This document shows, one piece after another, positions 11,910 through 28,082 of a DNA stretch of 64,000 bases. Location: NCBI RefSeq assembly GCF_009914755.1, contig NC_060932.1. One strand, written 5' to 3'. Numbering within the stretch: position 1 is the stretch's first letter; each line of letters begins with the position of its first letter. Under the pieces are notes generated by a model. It did not search any database. It was not told where the DNA came from and saw nothing but the letters and a program-made list of their open reading frames with translations. The position numbers and the translations under genes are program-made. The stretch comes from the human T2T-CHM13v2.0 reference genome, Homo sapiens.

Positions 11910-12730
11910 CCCGATCTGTTAATTCACCATTACTGATCTTTGACAATCTTTGATATTCTTATTCTAATCAAATTTCTTGACAAAGGGAATCTGCATAGGC
12001 ATAGTTGTTATTTCTAACAGACTTTTTTTTTTTCTTGGAGCTTATAAAGTCTCCTGAACAAAGGGATAAAATGGAGGCTAATGCTAATTTTTTTTCCTTC
12101 TTGTCCTCAAGAAAATTAGAGGACTGAGGAAATCATTTATGAAAGCAAAAAGAAAGTTTTATTGATCTTTGTAGGGCAGGTAGCTATGGATATCTTGCTT
12201 CTGTGAGAAAGCAGGTAATATTTTTATAAGTATGCTGGAAGGTAAGAAATGCCTTTCTCTGTAGCATGGCCATGTTGAAAATATGTGTGTGTGCACAGAC
12301 ACACATACCACAAGCAAAACAAAACAAAAATATCAGAGTGAACAAAGAGAAGTCAAAACTGAAAGAGGTAAGACTAAAGTTAAAATTTAGTGTACTATAC
12401 CCTAGGGCTTTTTCTGAACTACTGCCCTGTGATCAGAAGCACTCAGTGTGACAATTGGCAAAGGTAGAAATTGGCATCACGACTAAGAAAACAATTGCAA
12501 GAAAAAGTATGATGTTTTTGAAATAAGGAAAAAAACAACATTTTTCTTTTTTCCTTTGATACTGAGCAGACACACACACCACTTACATCGCATGATGTAG
12601 AAAAAAATGTTAAAATGTCCCTTGCTTCCAATCTTACATGTTTTTGCTTAGTGCACAGAAAAGAATATACTTAATTATTGTGGTGACAAAATAAGGCAGA
12701 ATTATCATACAATGAGACTTGTTGCCTGGC

Positions 12731-13030
12731 TTTTTTTTTTTTTTTAAGAGACAGAGTCTTGCTCTGTCAACCAGGCTGGAATGCAGTGGTGCAATCGCAG
12801 CTCACTGCAGCCTTGATCTCCTGGACTCGAGAGACCCTCCCACCTTAGTCTCCTGAGCAGCTGAGACACAGGTGCCGCACCACCATGCTCAGCTGATTAA
12901 AAAAAATTTTTTTAGAGATGGGGTCTTACTGTGTTGTCCAGGCTGGTCTCAAACTCCTGGCCTTAAGCAATCCTCCCACCTCAGTCTCCCAAAGCCCTGA
13001 AATTACAGGCGTGAACCACAGCACCTGGCC
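12731..13030 (-). mobile_element. AluJ
   Basis: Full reverse-strand dimer. Confidence 0.92.
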
Positions 13031-13264
13031 TACCTTACACTTTAAATTAAAAATAGATTTCTCAAAATGAAGTCAACTTATACATTAAGTGTAAACTGAA
13101 AATTTACAAGTTTCATGTCCCTTATCAAAAATCTCTTCTCTAACCAGGTAATTGTCAAGGAAAACAAGATGAAATAGAAGCACCTGCTCTCATTTATGCA
13201 TTTATTAATTATTCCACAAATACTTGTTAAGCACCTTCTAAAGTTTTGGGCACTATGAGCATTT

Positions 13265-13700
13265 ATATCAGTTACAGTCCCAAGAGTAAACAGATGGCAC
13301 ATTCAAATTACAATAATCCAGAGGGAGTTTATTTACAAAAGGGATTAATTTCAAAGGTGTGGGTAAAGCAGGATTATGCAGGAACTCAAGGCTAGCACCA
13401 GCAAAACTGTCACCCCTTGTAGGTCCTGAAGGAGAGGGAGCGAGCAAAGGAACACGACCAGGGAGAGAGCTGGCAGGATCAGGGAACCTTACAGAAAAGG
13501 AGCCAGGTGAACCAACACCTTGATCTTACCCTTCTTCCCTCCTCCAATCTCTACCCAGGGATCCCCACTGACTGAACTCAGCCAGCATCTGCAGAGACCT
13601 GAGCCCACTGGCTGAGTCTGTGTGGGCAGCAGCCAGAGAGCAAAGGCAGAGAGCAGAGTGAACAGGAGGTCTGCAGGGGCAGATCCAAGACGTTCACATG
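13265..13700 (-). mobile_element. Old ERVL-class LTR (LTR33/LTR41-like)
   Basis: aaacagatggcacattcaaatta...aaaggtgtggg...gcagagagcagagtgaacaggaggtctgcaggggcaga resembles recalled ERVL LTR consensus; family uncertain. Confidence 0.45.
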
Positions 13701-14130
13701 GGACTAGACCAGAGAACAGGAAAGCACCTGTCCTCACAAAGTTGACTTATTTATTAGAAAGCATCGATGTCAACCTTTAGCAATAAAAGTGCTTTTAGGC
13801 AAGTACAAATTAAGGGCTAATTTCCGGTTGGGACAGTATGAAATGCAACGAAGTAGCAACAGAATTGAATCAATGTGCTCTGAATGGCTGCTGTGTTCTT
13901 CAAAAGCAGGAATGTAGAATAATATATACCTTTTTTTTATTTTTAGAAACCTTTCTCCTTGCTCTAATGGGGTGATAACGTAAGAGGTTGGAAAGAGAAG
14001 AACAAAACCATTGTGTGAAACACAGCCCTTATTTTTCGTTCCTTCTCTCAGCATAGGAGCATACAAGGGTGCTCTGCCCTTCTGGACTCCCTAGCACATG
14101 TCACACACATGAGCTAGAGCTCTCAGTAAC

Positions 14131-14478
14131 TATTACATCCTGAACAAATTCATATGTTCAAAACTAACCCTCAATGTGATAGTATCAGAAGGTGGGGCAT
14201 GTGGGAGGTGATTAGGTCATGATGGCTCCACCCATGTGAATGGGATTAGGGTCCTTATAAAGGAGACTCCTGAACACTAACTAGCCCCTTTTACCATGTG
14301 AAGATATAGCAAGAAGGTACCATCTCTGAATCAGGAAGTGGGCCCTCACCAGACACTGAATTTGCCGGTAACTTGATCTTGGACTTTCCAGCCTCCAGAA
14401 CTGTGAGCAATAAATTTCTGTTGTTTATAAACTACCCAGTGTATGATACTTTTGTTAAAGCAACCTGAACAGATGCAC
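14131..14478 (+). mobile_element. MaLR solo LTR (MLT1A-like)
   Basis: gggaggtgattaggtcatgatggctccacccatgtgaatgggattag...ccagcctccagaactgtgagcaataaatttctgttgtttataa. Confidence 0.85.
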
Positions 14479-14496
14479 TAACTCACTTCTTTTTAT

Positions 14497-14791
<295 letters not shown>

Positions 14792-14858
14792 AACTCACTT
14801 CCTTTTCAAAACAAGAATTCTCTTAGTTTCAGTGCTATCTGTTCTTTAAGGTTAGAAC

Positions 14859-15438
<580 letters not shown>

Positions 15439-15670
15439 TTATAATGTGTGCGTTTCTTCTGTCCTTCAATCTTGACCTTAAAGTTGCTTAAGCACTCACA
15501 AATATTTTAAACTATTTTTTTTTAGATTCCTTTCCACAGCATATAGCACTGCAGCTAATGCAGAAAGGGTACTTGGTTCGATTGACTATGTTTGATTATT
15601 TAGATAGACTGTCCCATTAAAATTGAAATAACATTCATTCTTCAACCTGCTGGATCACGATCCTCCACAG

Positions 15671-16752
<1,082 letters not shown>

Positions 16753-19700
16753 TTCATAGGGCAATTAGAAGGGAGTAAATGGAAGGAAGTAAAGATTACA
16801 AAGATTGCAAGGAACTGGGAGTTGAAGATTAGGATAAAAATCTTCTTTCAAGACCTAGTTCTTTAAGAGATAGAAAATTAGCAGTACAGGTGAAAGTGTT
16901 TGGTTTTGTATTTTCAGTCTAATGTAACCCAGGATCAAGGTCAGACTGAAATTCTAAAGATTCTCTTGAAGAGTAAGGGTTAATATTTATTAGTACAGAA
17001 GTGCCCCAACCTAACAAACTTTTAAGTAGAACCTTCAGATAGAGGAGCCTATTCGCCTAATGTTAATTCAGGAGAGGGCTTGGAGCTTGAGAATTTAAAT
17101 GCTAAGCCTGGCCAAAGTGTTCCTGATGAAACTTTTGTGGCAAGACTTCCCTAGTCCTTGCTATCTACCTTCCCCTTACCCTGGCGTTGGCCCACATCGA
17201 AATGCGCCCAATGTCAGAGTCTGGGGCAGGTAGACAGCAAGGAGATCCTACAGTTGCTGAGTGGTCCCCTAGGCTCACGCAGAAATTACCACGGACAGGA
17301 GTTGCCTCCTTCTTCACACATGGAGTGGAGATGAAACTAATCCATTTTGCCCAAAGGTGGCTGATAGAATGTGTATTAACCTGATCCTAAAGCTTAAAAG
17401 ATGAACTCACACTCCTGTATAGGGTAATGCATTTGGGAGCTAGACATTTATAAGCCTAGTCTGTTCATAAGTAGAAAGCTATGCTCAGTTTATTCCCCTT
17501 CTTTATTTTAAATCAAGTGTTGAATAAGAGGTTTCCTTATTAAATAAAATCCCCTGAAGTCTCAGTGAGGCCCTCTCGAAGGGCTATCTATTCTGCCTGA
17601 AATTGTCACACCATCTTCTCGCTCCTTCCTTTTCCTTTCTCCATCCTTTTCATTAAGGACTTACTGTGGATTCAGCACTGTGAAACACACACAGAAGTCA
17701 AACACTGGATATTTGCCCTCAAAGACTTTACAGTCAAGTTGAAGAGAGAAATAGAAATAGAAAATGCTAGATAATGTTATGCTTTAAACAACATATGAGC
17801 ATTGTCACAAAGCAATATACTATTACATTCTATGTGGTGGTATGGGAATAAGCGCTATGAGTTTAGGAGGGTGAGATCCTTGTGAGATGAAAAAGATTGA
17901 GAATTGTTCATGTTTCATTTAAAGTAACTCTCATTTTGACAAACTCTTAAGGATTTTCTACTGAGAATTGAAATATGGTGCCCATTGACTAAGCCTTGAA
18001 AATAGTTTTGCTTTATATAATTGTAATCACATTTTATCTGTATTATAAGATTCTAATACTCCCTTCCTAACTCCAAATTGGATAGCCTCTTAGCATTTAT
18101 GGTAACAGAATTTGACCTATAATACATTGTGTTTATATAATACTCTATATTTAGCATCAAATGGAAAAGTTTTCCAATAATGAGCTTTTGGAACACAGTC
18201 AATTCACAGGAATCAAGTCACGCTCATGACAGCTCGGCAGCTCTGAACTGTTCTTGAGAAAAGAGTGAATGACAGGATGCAAAACTAGCAATTGTGCAAA
18301 GAACGGAACTGCTCTATTCATCAAAACTTGACTGTAAACTTTCCTTCTAATTGACTGCTTGGCTATTTGACCTTTTTCGGAGGAAACTGTATTTAGAGTC
18401 CCTAACTCCTAAAAATCTTTTGTTTTATCTCAAAGGTAGTACAAGTAGACCATCAGCTAAATTACCTTGGAACACAAGCAGACTCCAATTTTTAGCTTGA
18501 CAATTACTTCATTTAAACACCTTTTTTCATTTCTGAGAAGCCAAACCAATCCCAAACAAAACCAAATCAACAACATTTATCAAAACAGCACCATCACTGC
18601 CAATAACAAACACAAATTCGACAGTTACCATAAAAACCATTCCACGAGACAGGATACCCCTGTTGTCCTCATTCTGCAGTGATGTGAGGCACATTTTGTG
18701 AGCCCTCTGTACTGAGAAGTTTCAGACACAAACAAAGAAATGAAAAGATAAAAAGTTTTCCTGTTTCAGGTGTTTTTAGATACAGAATTTTCCATACTGG
18801 ATTAGATCATTTCCCCATCAAAACCAATATCCTGCTTAGTCGACATGAAGTTAATGATGGTGAAATTGAAGTTAATGATGGCGAAATGCTTTGAAAATAG
18901 AAGTACTACATACATTCGAGCAATAATGGGCTTTCGTACTAGTAACTTTGTGGCTCCAAGCCCAGGCTCATGAAAGGATACTTTGAAAAGAACATTAAAT
19001 CTATAGAAGAGATGAAATATTTACAGATTAACTTCTTACTTCTTTTCACATTTTATATGACTTGAGCAAATAAATACTTTTTTAAAAAACCAGGAAGTGT
19101 TAAGAGTTACGGATGTTTCCAGATCTAGCTAAGCACGTGTTTGCTACATTCTTTATAATGTGTAAGTGTTTCTTGGGTTGGCTCTGAAGAATTGAGTTAA
19201 GCAGGTTGCATGTAATTACAGGGCTCACTGCCTAGAAATGATTATTTTGTTCTTTCTTCCCTCCTATCGGAAAGGGAATGGGAAAACTGAAAGCTTTACC
19301 AAATAGTATTCTTAAGCTGCATAGCTTTAAATTTGCTTAGAAAGTGGGAGCCGTTTTCTTTTTCGGTTCTGTTTACCTGGTGTATTTCAGGATAGTCTAT
19401 TTGTTCTTGAACTATGGGAAGAACCTTAAAATAAACTAAAGACAACAGTGTTTGCCTTTTTACTCTAAGTGTTGTTTATTGAACAGCTTTTTAAGATTAA
19501 CAACCACTGAAGAGTGTATGGGATTCATCAGCCAATTATGGTCACTTTGGTCTCTACAAAGGCTGGAAAAAAAAAATCACCCAACGCGAGTCCTTCATTT
19601 TTTTTTTTTTTGTTACTGTTTGAAAAGGATCTCAGATGTTTCATTTCAAAAGTTTCCAGATAACTTTACCATTTGTTCTTTATTTAATTTGGAATTGTTT

Positions 19701-22626
19701 AGATCATCTGAAGAACACTTGCTTTCCTAACAATTTCAGAACAATTAAGGTCTTGATGCTTTTAGGAGCTGACATTTTTACTAAAATTCTATTTGAGATT
19801 CCATCTAGATCAGATCTAATTTTTCCAAGCATTACTGGATAGCAGAGTTTATAAAATGAAAAAGGTTGCCAAAATAATACTTAATATTTATATTTAGTTT
19901 CTATCTCAAAAATCCCAAAGCACTTTGCATGCAAATATTTATCCTACTTTATAGATGAAGACATTTGGGGACTAGAGTAACCATTGTAACATTGCGTAGC
20001 AAAAAAAAAAAAAAAATGCCCGCATCTGAAAACAGACCCTTTGTTCTAGTCTTGATTGTACCACCTTGAGCCTGGCATTTAACCTCTGTGGGCCTCAGTC
20101 TCTGCACCTATAAAAGGAGGGATTTGGGCGAGATATGCTGAGGACACTAACATTCTACACGTCTAAACTTCGAGGAACTTTTCTAAAGCAAGAAAAAGAA
20201 TAAGGGCTAAATTTAATTCGTCAGAGTGGAAAGAGAACAAAGAGAGAGGACTGGGAGTGGGAGATTAAAAGGCTGTGGAAAGTGGTCTTGAGATAGATGT
20301 TATTGGGGACCAACCTTCTCAATGCACTGGTCAAGCGCCGGACGTTGTTGAGAACAGCACCTGGTGTTCTGGGCTTGTGTGTTTGTGCCAGCAGGTATAT
20401 AGTGGGGTGTGTGCAAAATAAAGAGTTCCAGTCAGTTGAGTGAGGAAAAACCTGTTAGGCACGTTGTTTCAAGTCATGTGTGCGTAGCAGTCATTAGATC
20501 TCTGGAGCTTTTCTATCTTTGCTAATTTACTTTTCATTTGCTTTTCCCAAACCAGCATAACTTACTAGTAGGTTCATAGCTATAGTTAATTGTATGTATA
20601 CAATGCCAAGCCATAAATATACTCTTTCAGTTTCCAAATTAACTGATACCATCTAATCACACAATTAAAATGCTTTTATGGTTATGAAAGCAATACATGC
20701 TTTATTGAAGAATATTAGAAAAAGTAAAAAAAAAAAAACTACATGTAACATCAAGATTGACAATAATCCCACCACCCAGAGGATGAATGATCACTTTCAA
20801 CATTTCAGTATGTTTCCTTCTGTGTTCTTTTCTATGAGCATATATACAATTTTTGTTTTCAAAGCTGGGATCACATTGTATATGCAGATTTAAACCTATT
20901 TTTTATATTAAGAGTATATTGTTAGCACTTTTACATGATAAATGTACTTATATAGTAAGGGAGTATTTAATTCTGATGCCAAACATCTGGATGAAAAGTA
21001 AAAAGTCAGTCAATTATCTAGATATTTTTCCAATACCCAGATGTTTGGCACCATGTCGACAAAACATTAAAATCCTTGACCAAGCTGTTCAGCTTTTGCA
21101 CAGATGTCTGGCATTATGTAGGCAAACTCTCTCTGAACTGACGGACATTTTGGCAGGAGAAAGACAGAGCATTTATAGCATTTATTACATGCTCTGGGTC
21201 AAAAGTGTTTTAAAATTTAGCTTGTGTGCATGAGCAACCTTTTCATTGTTTCACAATGAGTCAGCAGCACGAAGAAAAAAATCTATATTTTAGGAACCCT
21301 TAATCCATTATGATGCAAGTCTGCTATCTATCTCTATTTTTGGTCACTTCTCAGTCTGTTGGACTGGTTGTTGACCTTGAAAGCTTAGCATAAAGTTGTT
21401 GTTTCTTTGAAGTCTTGGTCTTGAGAATTTGTACCCTAGTGATGGTTTTGTTTTGTCTTTTTTCTATAATTAAGAAAGTTCTTTCTGGCTGATAATTTTA
21501 TTAACAGATTGCTCTGAATATTTAAAAGTCATGTTAATGTGCCAATATCCCTGACAACAGTCCTGCCTAAAATACATTTAAGACGTTTAAAAAAGATATT
21601 TTTATGTTTTTCTGACTATCTTGTTTCTTGGGTTATAATTCTTCGTCTAGCTCTGCATTAGTCAGTGTATATATTTTTCCATGTATACCCCTTTTTTTGA
21701 TTCCTTAAAGACATAATTTATAAAAGTTTGATGAAGTGCAATGTTATCTACCATTGTATCACACCAAATTTTATGTACTTGATTACACATTTATAGTGAC
21801 CTTAAAAAGTAACATCCTTAATATATTTGTCTTCTCCTTGACACTCTAAAAGTTGTTATCCTTCATTTTCCATCCTGTTTTTCTTTTCATTAGTGTTGCT
21901 TTGATTATGTATATTACATGTCTCTAACTGTAAAATGTTTCTAATTCTGTGGCTGAAACAGAATAAAAAGAAAATCTATCCAACTTATGCCAAAGGGAGC
22001 AATGTAGCTGAATGATTAAATACATGAGTCAATTAGTAACGTGGGACTAAGTTCACATCTTTCCTTTTATCGGCACAGAACTGTTCGGCTTGTCCCTCTG
22101 TGTTCTCCTGGCTCTGTCATTAACTTGCTCAATTGCCACTGGCAAGACATTAGCTTGGGCTATGCCTGAGCTTTTTCATCCTTCATCCATAAAAAATTAC
22201 ATACTCCCACACTGCTATGTTTTCTGGAATAATTTGTGAAGGTTCTTTCACATTATTAATATTAAGTGTTGTTATTGTTGAGTAACTTGATTTATATGAA
22301 GAAATTGCATGAGAAAAACCAGGTAGATGTAAGTTTTTGATTTTTAAAAAATATAAATAAACCACTGCACATTTGAGGACTGACTGCTTTGTTTCTTGCA
22401 AGACACTGTAATCTTGTTTTTGATCTTAGCATCTGTTTTTTTGTGTATTATTTGCTTTTATGAATATTTTCTTCAGATTTATTGAGTGTTTTATTATGCC
22501 TGGTGTTTTTGCCCAATTGCAATTTAATTATGCTTTTATATTCTGGGTGCTTTTCTGGGGTCTGTGCAGGTCTAAGTAAGGCAGTCATTAAGGAGGTGAT
22601 GATATGCCATTGCTATTCTGGGATGA

Positions 22627-23005
<379 letters not shown>

Positions 23006-23160
23006 TAGCTACCCAGCTAAGTAGTCGGGAATAACTAAATAGTTACATACTTTTCATTTTCATCCAAAGTTCGACAGTGGTAGGCCCTAAAAACCAGTAT
23101 CCATAGACTTCTGACCTAGTGTTCTTGAGATATAGATTTCTACTTGGCCACAAATGTTGT

Positions 23161-23573
23161 TGTCTAAGTCTGTTTGTGCTTGTGCTGCTATAACAAAATA
23201 CCTTAGACTGGATAATTTATAAAAAAAAGGAAATTTATTTCTCACAGGTCTGGAGGCTGAGACGTCAAAGATCAAGGCACTGGCAGGTTCAGGGTCTGGT
23301 AATGGCTTGCTGTCTGTTTCCAAGATGGCACCTGTTGCTGTGTCTTCCAAAGGGGATGAACACTGTGTCCTCACATAGCAGAAGAGCGGAAGTGCAAAAC
23401 AAGGAACTCTCTCTCTCCCTCAGGCCCTTGTATAAGGGTACTAATCCCAAGTCTGACGGCAGAGCCTCATAGCCTAATCACCTCCCAACAGCTTCTTCTC
23501 TTAATACTATCATCTTTGGGTTTAAGTTCCAATGTATGAATTTTCGACAGACACATACATTCAAACCATAGCA
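23161..23573 (-). mobile_element. MaLR solo LTR (MST family)
   Basis: TG...CA ends (tgtctaagtc...aaaccatagca), exact 5-bp TSD gttgt at 23156-23160 and 23574-23578. Confidence 0.9.
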
Positions 23574-23817
23574 GTTGTATATGTAGATATGCAAAAATAT
23601 AAACATGTAGGCACGCAAGAAAGATTGTTGAAAGAAATGGTAGAATAAGTTTAAACATTTATTTCACAACTGATGATTGAATTCATTCACCAATTAGTTG
23701 CTTTACTGTTAAGTAGTTGTTTGACAAACTTCAAAGTTATCTTTCACCTTTGATATCTTTTTCACATTCCTATTTGTATAGAATATTCTGGTTGTACATA
23801 TTTTCACGCAACTAAAC

Positions 23818-23933
23818 TTTTTTTTTCTGTTTTGAGACAGGGTCTCACTCTATTGCCCAGGCTGGTCTTGGATTGCTGGGTTCAAGTATTTCCCCATCTC
23901 AGCCTCCCAAGTAGCTGGGATTGTAGGCACCTG
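23818..23933 (-). mobile_element. Alu monomer (FLAM/FRAM-like)
   Basis: Single arm gagacagggtctcactctattgcccaggctggtc... Confidence 0.75.
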
Positions 23934-23963
23934 GTCTTAAATTTTAGTGACTATTTTCTACTA

Positions 23964-23993
<30 letters not shown>

Positions 23994-24002
<9 letters not shown>

Positions 24003-24166
24003 TTTTTTGAGATGGAGTCTTGCTCTGTTGCCCAGGCTAGAGTGCAGTGGTGCAATCTTGGCTCACTGCAGCCTCTGCCTTGTGGGTTCAAGCGATTCTC
24101 CTGCTTTAGCCTCCTGAGTAGCTGCAATTACAGGCACCTGCCACTAAGCCCAGCTAATTTTTGTAT
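23994..24166 (-). mobile_element. Right arm of an AluS split by the L1 insertion
   Basis: Ends in the linker cagctaatttttgtat; the matching left arm is at 30301-30435. Confidence 0.92.
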
Positions 24167-24370
24167 ATTTTTAAAATTATACTTTAACTTCTAGGGTACA
24201 TGTGCACAACGTGCTGGTTTGTTAAATAGGTATACATGTGTTTGCTGCACCCATCAACTCGTCATTTACATTAGTTATTTCTCCTAACGCTAACCCTCCC
24301 CCAGCCCCCGACCCCACAACAGGCCCTGGTGTGTGATGTTCCCCTCCCTGTGTCCATGTGTTCTCATTGT

Positions 24371-27300
24371 TCAACTCCCATTTATGAGTGAGAACATGTG
24401 GTGTTTGGTTTTCTGTCCTTGTGATATTTTGCTGAGAATGATGGTTTCCAACTTCATCCATGTCCCTGCAAAGGACAAGAACTCATCCTTTTTTATGGCT
24501 GCATAGTATTCCATAGTGTATATGTGCCACATTTTCTTTATCCAGTCTATTATTGATGGACATTTGGGTTGGTTCAAGTCTTTGCTATTGTGAATAGTGT
24601 TGCAATAAGCATACGTGTGCATGTGTCTTTATAGTAGCATGATTTATAATCCTTTGGGTATATACCCAGTAATGGGATCACTGGGTCAAATGGTATTTCT
24701 AGTTCTAGATCCTTGAGGAATCACCACACTGTTTTACACAATGGTTGAACTAATTTACACTCCCACCGACAGTGTAAAAGGGTTCCTATTTCTCCACATC
24801 CTCTCCAGCATCTGTTGTTTCCTGACTTTTTAATGATTGCCATTGTAACTGGCATGGGATGGTATCTCATTGTGGTTTTGATTTGCGTTTATCTTATGAC
24901 CAGTGATGATGAGTATTTTTTTATTTTTCTGTTGGCTGCATAAATGTCTTCTTTTGAGAAGTGTCTGTTCATATCCTTTGCCCACTTTTTGATGGTGTTG
25001 TTCTTTTCTTGTAAAGTTGTTTAAGTTCTTGTAGATTCTGGGTATTATCCCTTTGTCAGATGGATAGATTGCAAAAATTTTCTCCCATTCTGTAGGTTGC
25101 CTGTTCACTCTGACGCTACTTTCTTTTGCTGTGCAGAAGCTCTTTAGTTTAAGTAGAACCCATTTGTCTATTTTGGCTTTTGTTGCTGTTGCTTTTGGTG
25201 TTTTAGTCATGAAGTCTTTGCCCATGCCTATGTCCTGAATGGTATTGCCTAGGTTTTCTTCTAGGGTTTTTATGGGTTTAGGTCCTATATTTAAGTCTTT
25301 AATCCATCTTGAGTTAATTTTTGTGTAAGGTGTAAGGAAGGGATCCAGTTTCAGCTTTCTACTTATGGCTAGTCAGTTTTCCCAGCAACATTTATTAAAT
25401 AGAGAATCCTTTCCCCATTTCTTGATTTTGTCAGGTTTGTCAAAGATCAGATGGTTGTAGATGTGTGGTGCTATTTCTGAGGTCTCTGTTCTGTTCCATT
25501 CATCTATATATCTGTTTTGATACTAGTACCACGCTGTTTTGGTTACTGTGGCCTTGTAGTATAGTTTGAAGTCAGGTAGCGTGATGTCTCCAGCTTTGTT
25601 CTTTTTGCTTAGCATTGGCTTGGCTGTGTGGGCTTTTTTTTAGTTCCACATGAAAAAAGTAGTTTTCTCCAATTCTGTGAAGAAAGTCATTGGTAGCTTG
25701 ATGGCAATAGCATTGAATCTATAAATTACCTTGGGCAGTATGGCCATTTTCACAATATTGATTGTTCCTATCCATGAACATGGAATGTTCTTCCATTTGT
25801 TTGTGTCCTCTTTTATTTCGTTGAGCAGTGGTTTGTAGTTCTCCTTAAAGAGGTCCTTCACATTCCTTGGATGTTGGATTCCTAGGTATTTTATTCTCTT
25901 TGTAGTAGTTCTGAATGGGAGTTCACTCATGATTTGGCTCTCTGTTTGTTTGTTCTTGGTGTATAGAAATGCTTGTGATTTTTGCACATTGATTTTGTAT
26001 CTTGAGACTTTGCTGAAGTTGCTTATCAGCTTAAGGAGACTTTGGGCTGAGACAATGGGGTTTTCTAAATATACAATAATGTCATCTGCAAACAGAGACA
26101 ATTTGACTTCCTCTTTTCCTAATTGAATACCCTTTATTTCTTTCTCTTGCCTGATTGCCCTGGCCAGAACTTCCAATACTATGTTGAACAGGAGTGGTGA
26201 GAGAGGGCCTCCCTGTCTTGTGCCAGTTTTCACAGGGAATGCTTCCAGTTTTTGCCCATTCAGTATGATACTGGCTGTGGGTTTATCATAAATAGCTCTT
26301 ATTATTTTGAGATAATGTTCCATCAATACCTAGTTTATTGAGCATGAAAGGCTGTTGAATTTTGTTGAAGGCCTTTCCTGCATCTATTGAGATAAACATG
26401 TGGTTTTTGTCATTGGTTCTGTTTATGGGATGGATTACATTTGTTAATTTGCGTTTGTTGAACCAGCCTTGCATCCCAGAGATGAAGCTGACTTGATCGT
26501 GGTGGATAAGCTTTTTGATGTGCTGCTGGATTCGGTTTGCCAGTATTTTATTGAGGATTTTCACATTGATGTTCATCAGGGATATTGGCTTAATATTCTC
26601 TTTTTTTGTTGTGTCTCTGCCAGGCTTTGGTATCAGGATTATGCTGGTCTCATAAAATGTGTAAGGGAGGATTCCCTCTTTTTCTATTGATTGGAATAGT
26701 TTCAGAAGGAATGGCACCAGCTCCTCTTTGTACCTCTGGTCGAATTCGGCTGTGAATCTGTCTAGTTCTGGACTTTTTTTTGTTGGTAGGCTATTAATTA
26801 GTTCCTCAATTTCAGAACCTTTATGATATCCCCTTTATCATTTTTTATTGCATCTATTTGATTCTTCTCGCTTTTTTCTTTACTAGTCTTGCTAGCAGTC
26901 TATCAATTTTGTCGATCTTTCAGAAAACCAGCTCCTGGATTCATTGATTTTTTTGAAGGGTTTTTTGTGTCTCTATCTCCTTCAGTTCTGCTCTGATCTT
27001 AGTTATTTCTTGTCTTTTGCTAGCTTTTGAATTTGGTTGCCATTGGTTCTCTAGTTCTTTTAATTGTAATGTTAAGGTATCGATTTTAGAGCTTTCCTGC
27101 TTTCTCTTGTGGGCATTTAGTGCTATAAATTTCCCTCTACACGCTGCTTGAAATGTGTCCCAGAGACTCTGGTACATTGTATCTTTGTTCTCATTGGTTT
27201 CAAAGAACATCTTTATGTCTGCCTTCATTTCGTTATTTACCCAGTAGTCATTCAGGAGCAGGTTGTTCAGTTTCCATGTAGTTGTGCAGTTTTGAGTGAG

Positions 27301-28019
27301 TTTCTTAATCCTGAGTTCTAACTTGATTGCACTGTGGTCTGAGAGACAGTTTGTTGTGATTTCTGTTCTTTTACATTTGCTGAGGAGTGTTTTACTCCCA
27401 ATTATGTGTTCAATTTTAGAATAAGTGCTGTGTGGTGGTGAGAAGAATGTATATTCTTGATTTGGGGTGGAGAGTTCTGTAGGTGTCTATTAGGTCCACT
27501 TGGTCCAGAGCTGAGTTCAATCCTGGATATCCTTGTTAATTTTCTGACTAATTGATCTGTCTAATATTGACAGTGGGGTGTTAAAGTCTCCCATTATTAT
27601 TATGTGGGAATCTAAGTCTCTTCGTAGGTCTATGAGAACTTGCTTTATGAATCTGGGTGCTCCTGTATAGGATGCATATATATTTAGGATAGTTACCTCT
27701 TCTTGTTGAATTGATCCCTTTACCGTTATGTAATGGCCTTCTTTGTCTGTTTTGATCTTTGTCAGTTTAAAGTCTGTTTTATCAGAGACCAGGATTGGAA
27801 CCCCTGCTGTTTTTTTGTTTTCCATTTGCTTGGTAGATCTTCCTCCATCCCTTTATTTTGAGCCTATGTGTGTCTTTGCATGTGAGATGGGTTTCCTGAA
27901 TACACCACACCGATGGGTATTGACTCTTTATCCAATTTGCCAGTCTGTCTTTTAATTGGGGCATTTAGCCCATTTACATTTAAGGTTAATATTGCTATGC
28001 GTGAATATGATCCTGTCAT
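24371..28019 (-). pseudogene. L1 ORF2 (endonuclease/reverse transcriptase), disrupted
   Basis: Fragments [41 protein letters not shown] spread over several frames with stops. Confidence 0.95.
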
Positions 28020-28082
28020 TAAGATGCTAGCTGGTTGTTTCACCCGTTAATTGATGCAGTTTCTTCATAGCATCAATGGTCT

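Noticed and set aside
20351-20370. Steroid receptor element AGAACA...TGTTCT
   Set aside because: Half-sites are 8 nt apart rather than 3
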